A stretch of DNA of 64,000 bases from Gammaproteobacteria bacterium (lineage in GTDB: Bacteria > Pseudomonadota > Gammaproteobacteria > Eutrophobiales > Eutrophobiaceae): assembly GCA_965221695.1 (NCBI GenBank), contig OZ244905.1, positions 2,176,001-2,240,000 of the forward strand, given 5' to 3'. Positions 60,063-64,000 of the stretch are shown in pieces. The translations under genes and the position numbers were made by a program. The notes below the pieces were generated by a model. The model was not told where the DNA came from. It searched no databases and saw nothing but the letters and a program-made list of their open reading frames with translations. Numbering within the stretch: position 1 is the stretch's first letter; each line of letters begins with the position of its first letter.

Positions 60063-61445
60063 ATGGACCCGAGATTTCTACCCCATAACACCCACCTGGA
60101 AAACCCTGCCGGGTTTACTGAACAGGACCCTCAACTGCGCCTGCTAAGCCGTCAAACATATCAATATCGTTCAGATGTGTTAGATGATTTAGTTGTTGCA
60201 AAGCCGGGTATTTACACTCTGGGAGGAGGGCGGCAAATCGGCAAATCGACCTTGTTGAAACAGTGGATAAGTGAATTGCTGGCACAGGGTGTCGCACCCG
60301 TATCGATCAGTTTTTTTACAGGCGAACTTATCGATGACCACCATAGCCTCCTGAGGTTGATGCAGGCTCAACTGGGCGATTCGCATACGGATTCCATCAA
60401 CTACCTGATTATAGACGAAGTAACCTATATTCAGCAGTGGGATAAAGCAGTTAAATTCGCCGCAGACGCGGGCATGCTGGAGCGTACCGTCCTGGCGCTG
60501 ACCGGTTCGGACCTGGGTTTAATCAGGGATGCGCGCATGCGCTTTCCCGGACGGCGCGGCGGGGCTGAGGTGGTTGATTTCCACATGTATCCGCTTTCAT
60601 TCAGGGAATGCCTGAAGCTGAAAAACCCGGACATCAATATCGATGATATCGTCTGCCGACCCGGGCAGCCTGAAGCAGACATTCTCGATACAATTTATGG
60701 GGAATTCGATCAGTACTTGATGCATGGCGGTTATTTGACAGCAATAAATGACCTGGCCGGGACCGGGCAGATAAATCAAACCACCTTGAATACGTACTCC
60801 GACTGGATAAGAGGCGATGTGCTGAAACGCGGCAAGCACGAAAATTACCTGCGTGAAATCATGACTGCTATTATCAAACGCTACAATTCACAGGTCACAT
60901 GGAACGCCCTGGCTCGTGACCTGTCCATTGATCATCCCAAAACGGTGGCTGATTATATTGATGTGCTGGTGAATATGGACGCGGTCTTTGTACAGTCCGC
61001 CCTGCTGGAAGACAAACTGGTTGCCGCGCCCAAGAAAGCCAGAAAACTGATGTTCTGCGACCCCTTTATATTCCATGCCGTGCACGGCTGGGTGAATCCG
61101 TCCGGTGATCCTTACCATTCGCAGATCCTGCCGCTAGTTCGTGATCCGGAATGGGCCTCCCGCCTGGTTGAGGCTGCCGTGGTCACTCATCACCGCCGTT
61201 TTTTCCCCACATATTACATCAAGGCCCGGGGTGAAGTGGATCTTGCCTATGTCAATAACGGGCAATGCTATCCTGTTGAGATTAAATGGACCAACCAGTT
61301 ACGACCCAAGGACATCAAACAGGTCAACCAATATCCACGGGGTGAAATCTGGACTAAAACCAGATCCTGGGGCGACATAAACTCGACTAAAACCTATCCA
61401 TTACCGCTGAAATTGCTTCAGATAAACAGGGTCGGACCTGCTTAA
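60063..61445 (+). CDS. AAA_14 ATPase with DUF4143 domain
   Basis: Walker A GGRQIGKS, Walker B IIDEV, LTGS, KL.F.DP, C-terminal EVDL...PVEIKW. Confidence 0.88.
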   Translation: MDPRFLPHNTHLENPAGFTEQDPQLRLLSRQTYQYRSDVLDDLVVAKPGIYTLGGGRQIGKSTLLKQWISELLAQGVAPVSISFFTGELIDDHHSLLRLMQAQLGDSHTDSINYLIIDEVTYIQQWDKAVKFAADAGMLERTVLALTGSDLGLIRDARMRFPGRRGGAEVVDFHMYPLSFRECLKLKNPDINIDDIVCRPGQPEADILDTIYGEFDQYLMHGGYLTAINDLAGTGQINQTTLNTYSDWIRGDVLKRGKHENYLREIMTAIIKRYNSQVTWNALARDLSIDHPKTVADYIDVLVNMDAVFVQSALLEDKLVAAPKKARKLMFCDPFIFHAVHGWVNPSGDPYHSQILPLVRDPEWASRLVEAAVVTHHRRFFPTYYIKARGEVDLAYVNNGQCYPVEIKWTNQLRPKDIKQVNQYPRGEIWTKTRSWGDINSTKTYPLPLKLLQINRVGPA

Positions 61446-61625
61446 CCCTACCTATCTCTTTGTTTCCATTGAGTTGATTTGTTGCAGGGGTCTGCTTTGC
61501 TCCCTTAAACCCCATTTTTTGTCGTCGAAACCGAGGTTTTAAGATTCTTTTCCCTATACAGCTTACTCCATTAACCCAGAGACAATGGAAACACATAGTT
61601 AGGCAGGTCCGGCCCTATTTCTCTG
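61424..61625. mobile_element. ~200-bp MITE-like element with terminal inverted repeats
   Basis: Left AAACAGGGTCGGACCTGCTTAAC..TGTTTCCATTG; right CAATGGAAACA..GTTAGGCAGGTCCGGCCCTATTT. Confidence 0.75.
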
Positions 61626-61681
61626 CATGAAAAAACGCTGTAGTCCCTCCTTAAGGAGATGAGAGTTTACGTCATAAAGAA

Positions 61682-62374
61682 CTACGTGCCGTTGCGTTGG
61701 AACCTCCCGTGTCGGAGGTAATGGATGACCTGGGCAATTACTGCGTTGTTTCTCATAATGAAGGGGTGGGTGGCAGGTATTTGAATGTGGTCCCGCATCC
61801 CTGTCAGTTTCGTATGCTCGACGGAGACCTTGCCGTCATCAGCGCCGGGTATCAGCATGGATAATAGCAGGTTGATGCTGCGGGTGCCGGCTATTATGCC
61901 CAAGTCGAAATCGGCTGGACCAAGACGGATGGGGACGCTTGCGCTATCCGTGCCGAGTTGCAGACCCGCAGCGCCGTTGATCAGGCGGAAACCGGGGACG
62001 TTTCCCAATTTATCCACCACTTCGCTGCCCTGATTAGGCGGCGCCAGCATCACGACCCGTTGCAGGCCAGGAATGTCATTATCCTCAAGATAGTGCCGGA
62101 GCAGGATGCCGCCCATGGAATGGGTGACAAAATGAATATTCTCTCCGTCACATTTCTCCAGCGCCGGCTCAATGGCGAGACCCGCCAACTTTTCTATCGG
62201 GAATTGTCTTGAGGGATAACCCTGGTTGATGGGTGTAAAACCCTGTTCCTCAAGTTCACGCGCCAGCTTGTTCATGGAGCGCTCGGTCCTGGCCAGACCA
62301 TGCAGCAGGATGACACATGAGGAAGTGGCCTCCAATGAGAACAGAACCAGCAATATGAACGTGACTGTTTTCAA
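61682..62374 (-). CDS. Exported alpha/beta hydrolase (lipase/esterase-like)
   Basis: VILLHGL, THSMGG nucleophile elbow, PPNQGS, DDGKV, H.FIM. Confidence 0.88.
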   Translation of the reverse strand: MKTVTFILLVLFSLEATSSCVILLHGLARTERSMNKLARELEEQGFTPINQGYPSRQFPIEKLAGLAIEPALEKCDGENIHFVTHSMGGILLRHYLEDNDIPGLQRVVMLAPPNQGSEVVDKLGNVPGFRLINGAAGLQLGTDSASVPIRLGPADFDLGIIAGTRSINLLLSMLIPGADDGKVSVEHTKLTGMRDHIQIPATHPFIMRNNAVIAQVIHYLRHGRFQRNGT

Positions 62375-62514
62375 AGCACAGAGCCCGACGCGTAAAAGTA
62401 CATGATTATCTGGGTGAGATCATACTTTTGTTTCTGGCCCCTGTCACGTCGTTGACTTGCGTCTCACTACTTCTATATTTTACTTTTTTACCACCTCGGT
62501 ATAAAATGGTAAAT

Positions 62515-63693
62515 ATGAAAATTAAACGTACTGTTTTCAAAGGGTTAAATGATCACTTAACCAGGCCGGAAGTCCTGATTCTGCTCGGCGCCAGGCAGGT
62601 TGGGAAAACCACCCTGATGAATGATCTGGCAACGACTGCAGCGGAGAAGTTTCAGCATATCCGGTTTTTCAATGCTGAGTTCCCTGATGACCTGCTGTTT
62701 TTCTCCAGGCCGGAACGGGAATTATTTTATGATCTGACGAAAACACCCGATACGATCATTTTTATCGATGAGTTTCACTATATCAAAAACATCTCGAAAA
62801 TCTTCAAGGGCATATACGACGCTCAAAAGAGAATTAAAATTGTGGCCAGCGGGTCGTCATCACTGGAAATTCATAAGCACCTCCGGGAGAGTCTGGCCGG
62901 AAGAAGGAGTATATTCAAAGTTTACCCATTATCTTGGGAGGAATGGAGGCAGACCGGCGGTTCAATTGAAGAGTTTACCGTATTTGGCGGCATGCCCGGG
63001 CTTGTTCACCTTGCAAGCAAAACTGAGAAAATGGAATATCTCTCACAAATCGTTCAAGCATATATTCTCAATGATATCAAGGGCTTGCTCAGGGAAGAGA
63101 ACATTGCGGCATTTAATCACCTGCTGTATTATCTGGCAGAAAACCAGGGACAGATCACCCCCACCGCCAATCTTGCAAGAGAGATCAGGTTATCAAATAT
63201 GACGGTGGTGAATTACCTTGATATCCTTGAACAAACCTATGTTGTGTTTGGGCTTCACAGTTTTTCCAGAAGGCTGTCCAACGAATTAAAGAAATCAAGA
63301 AAATATTATTTTTTTGATAATGGCATCAGGAATGCCATCATCAAAAATTTTGCCGCGCCCCAAGAAAGAAGCAATACTGGTTTTCTGTATGAATCCCATG
63401 TTTTCCTTGAACTTCATAAAAGATTGCGCGCCAACACAGAATTACAGTTTTGGCGCAACAGGCAAGGCGATGAGGTTGATTTCATCTGGTCTGAAAATCA
63501 GGTTCCTGTCCCCATTGAAGTTAAACAGAGTTGGTCAGGACGAAACCTACCGCAAGGCCTGCGTAAGTTCCTGAAAAACTACCCTGAAGCCCCATGTGGA
63601 ATATTGGTCAATGCGGACACAAGCGCGGAGCGGCAATTAAATGGGCGAACGATCAAATTGAAGAAATTTGATGAAGCAATCTTGTGTACATAG
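62515..63693 (+). CDS. AAA_14 ATPase with DUF4143 domain (second paralog)
   Basis: GARQVGKTT, FIDEF, ASGSS, ESLAGR, KYYFFDNGIRN, EVDF...PIEVK; visibly AT-richer than core genes. Confidence 0.9.
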   Translation: MKIKRTVFKGLNDHLTRPEVLILLGARQVGKTTLMNDLATTAAEKFQHIRFFNAEFPDDLLFFSRPERELFYDLTKTPDTIIFIDEFHYIKNISKIFKGIYDAQKRIKIVASGSSSLEIHKHLRESLAGRRSIFKVYPLSWEEWRQTGGSIEEFTVFGGMPGLVHLASKTEKMEYLSQIVQAYILNDIKGLLREENIAAFNHLLYYLAENQGQITPTANLAREIRLSNMTVVNYLDILEQTYVVFGLHSFSRRLSNELKKSRKYYFFDNGIRNAIIKNFAAPQERSNTGFLYESHVFLELHKRLRANTELQFWRNRQGDEVDFIWSENQVPVPIEVKQSWSGRNLPQGLRKFLKNYPEAPCGILVNADTSAERQLNGRTIKLKKFDEAILCT

Positions 63694-64000
63694 TTGCCTG
63701 ATTTACCGGATATTTGTGCACTATGGTTGCATTTTTGCTGCCGGCTTGCCGCAGCCACAAGCTTCAGGGCCTTCAATCACAACACCTCCGGCAGCAGCAA
63801 GTCGCTGTCTCAACTTCGTGATAGTGATGCGTGGTAGATAAGCAATAAAGTTATGATATTACGAGGGTTTATTGTTATTAACGGCATAATTGTAACGTAT
63901 ACAGGGGCAGAAATGTAACTATTGGGCAGGTTCGGTTTTGCGTGTAACAATGGTGAGAACGCCGGATGCAATAGCTGGCATGCATTATGGGGAGCGGAGT

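Noticed and set aside
63915-63940. TTGGGCAGGTTCGG as another MITE end
   Set aside because: The match to the 61599-61625 end is too short and has no partner within the window.

Overview
The window comes from a GC-rich gammaproteobacterial chromosome. The gene content (adhesin autotransporter, sulfatase, AAA-DUF4143 ATPases, several TonB receptors) would fit a host-associated or marine organism, but that is inference. It is mostly housekeeping: leuS-lptE-holA-proA-nadD-rsfS, pfp-hppA, bepA, tRNA-Lys, aspS, nadA, yebC-ruvCAB-tolQRAB-pal-cpoB, murU, yrbG-kdsD-lptCAB-rpoN-hpf-ptsN-HPr-EI-mgtE, polA, hisAFIE and tatABC. An accessory tail at about 57.7-64 kb and three families of small repeats/MITE remnants are also present. 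The standout is the non-coding nadA-yebC intergenic region (25084-25679). It holds two tandem 190-bp units, each encoding a complete tRNA-Leu-type cloverleaf with a non-Leu anticodon (GCC/Gly and GUC/Asp), an extra-long variable arm and an ACACCA 3' end. Each unit also has a near-consensus sigma70 promoter (TTGACA-N17-GATAAT) and an intrinsic terminator on the opposite strand, so each looks like a dedicated anti-tRNA transcription unit. Upstream of the sense strand is a perfect CRP-type box centred at -61.5 of a putative promoter. All functional interpretations are hypotheses from sequence alone.
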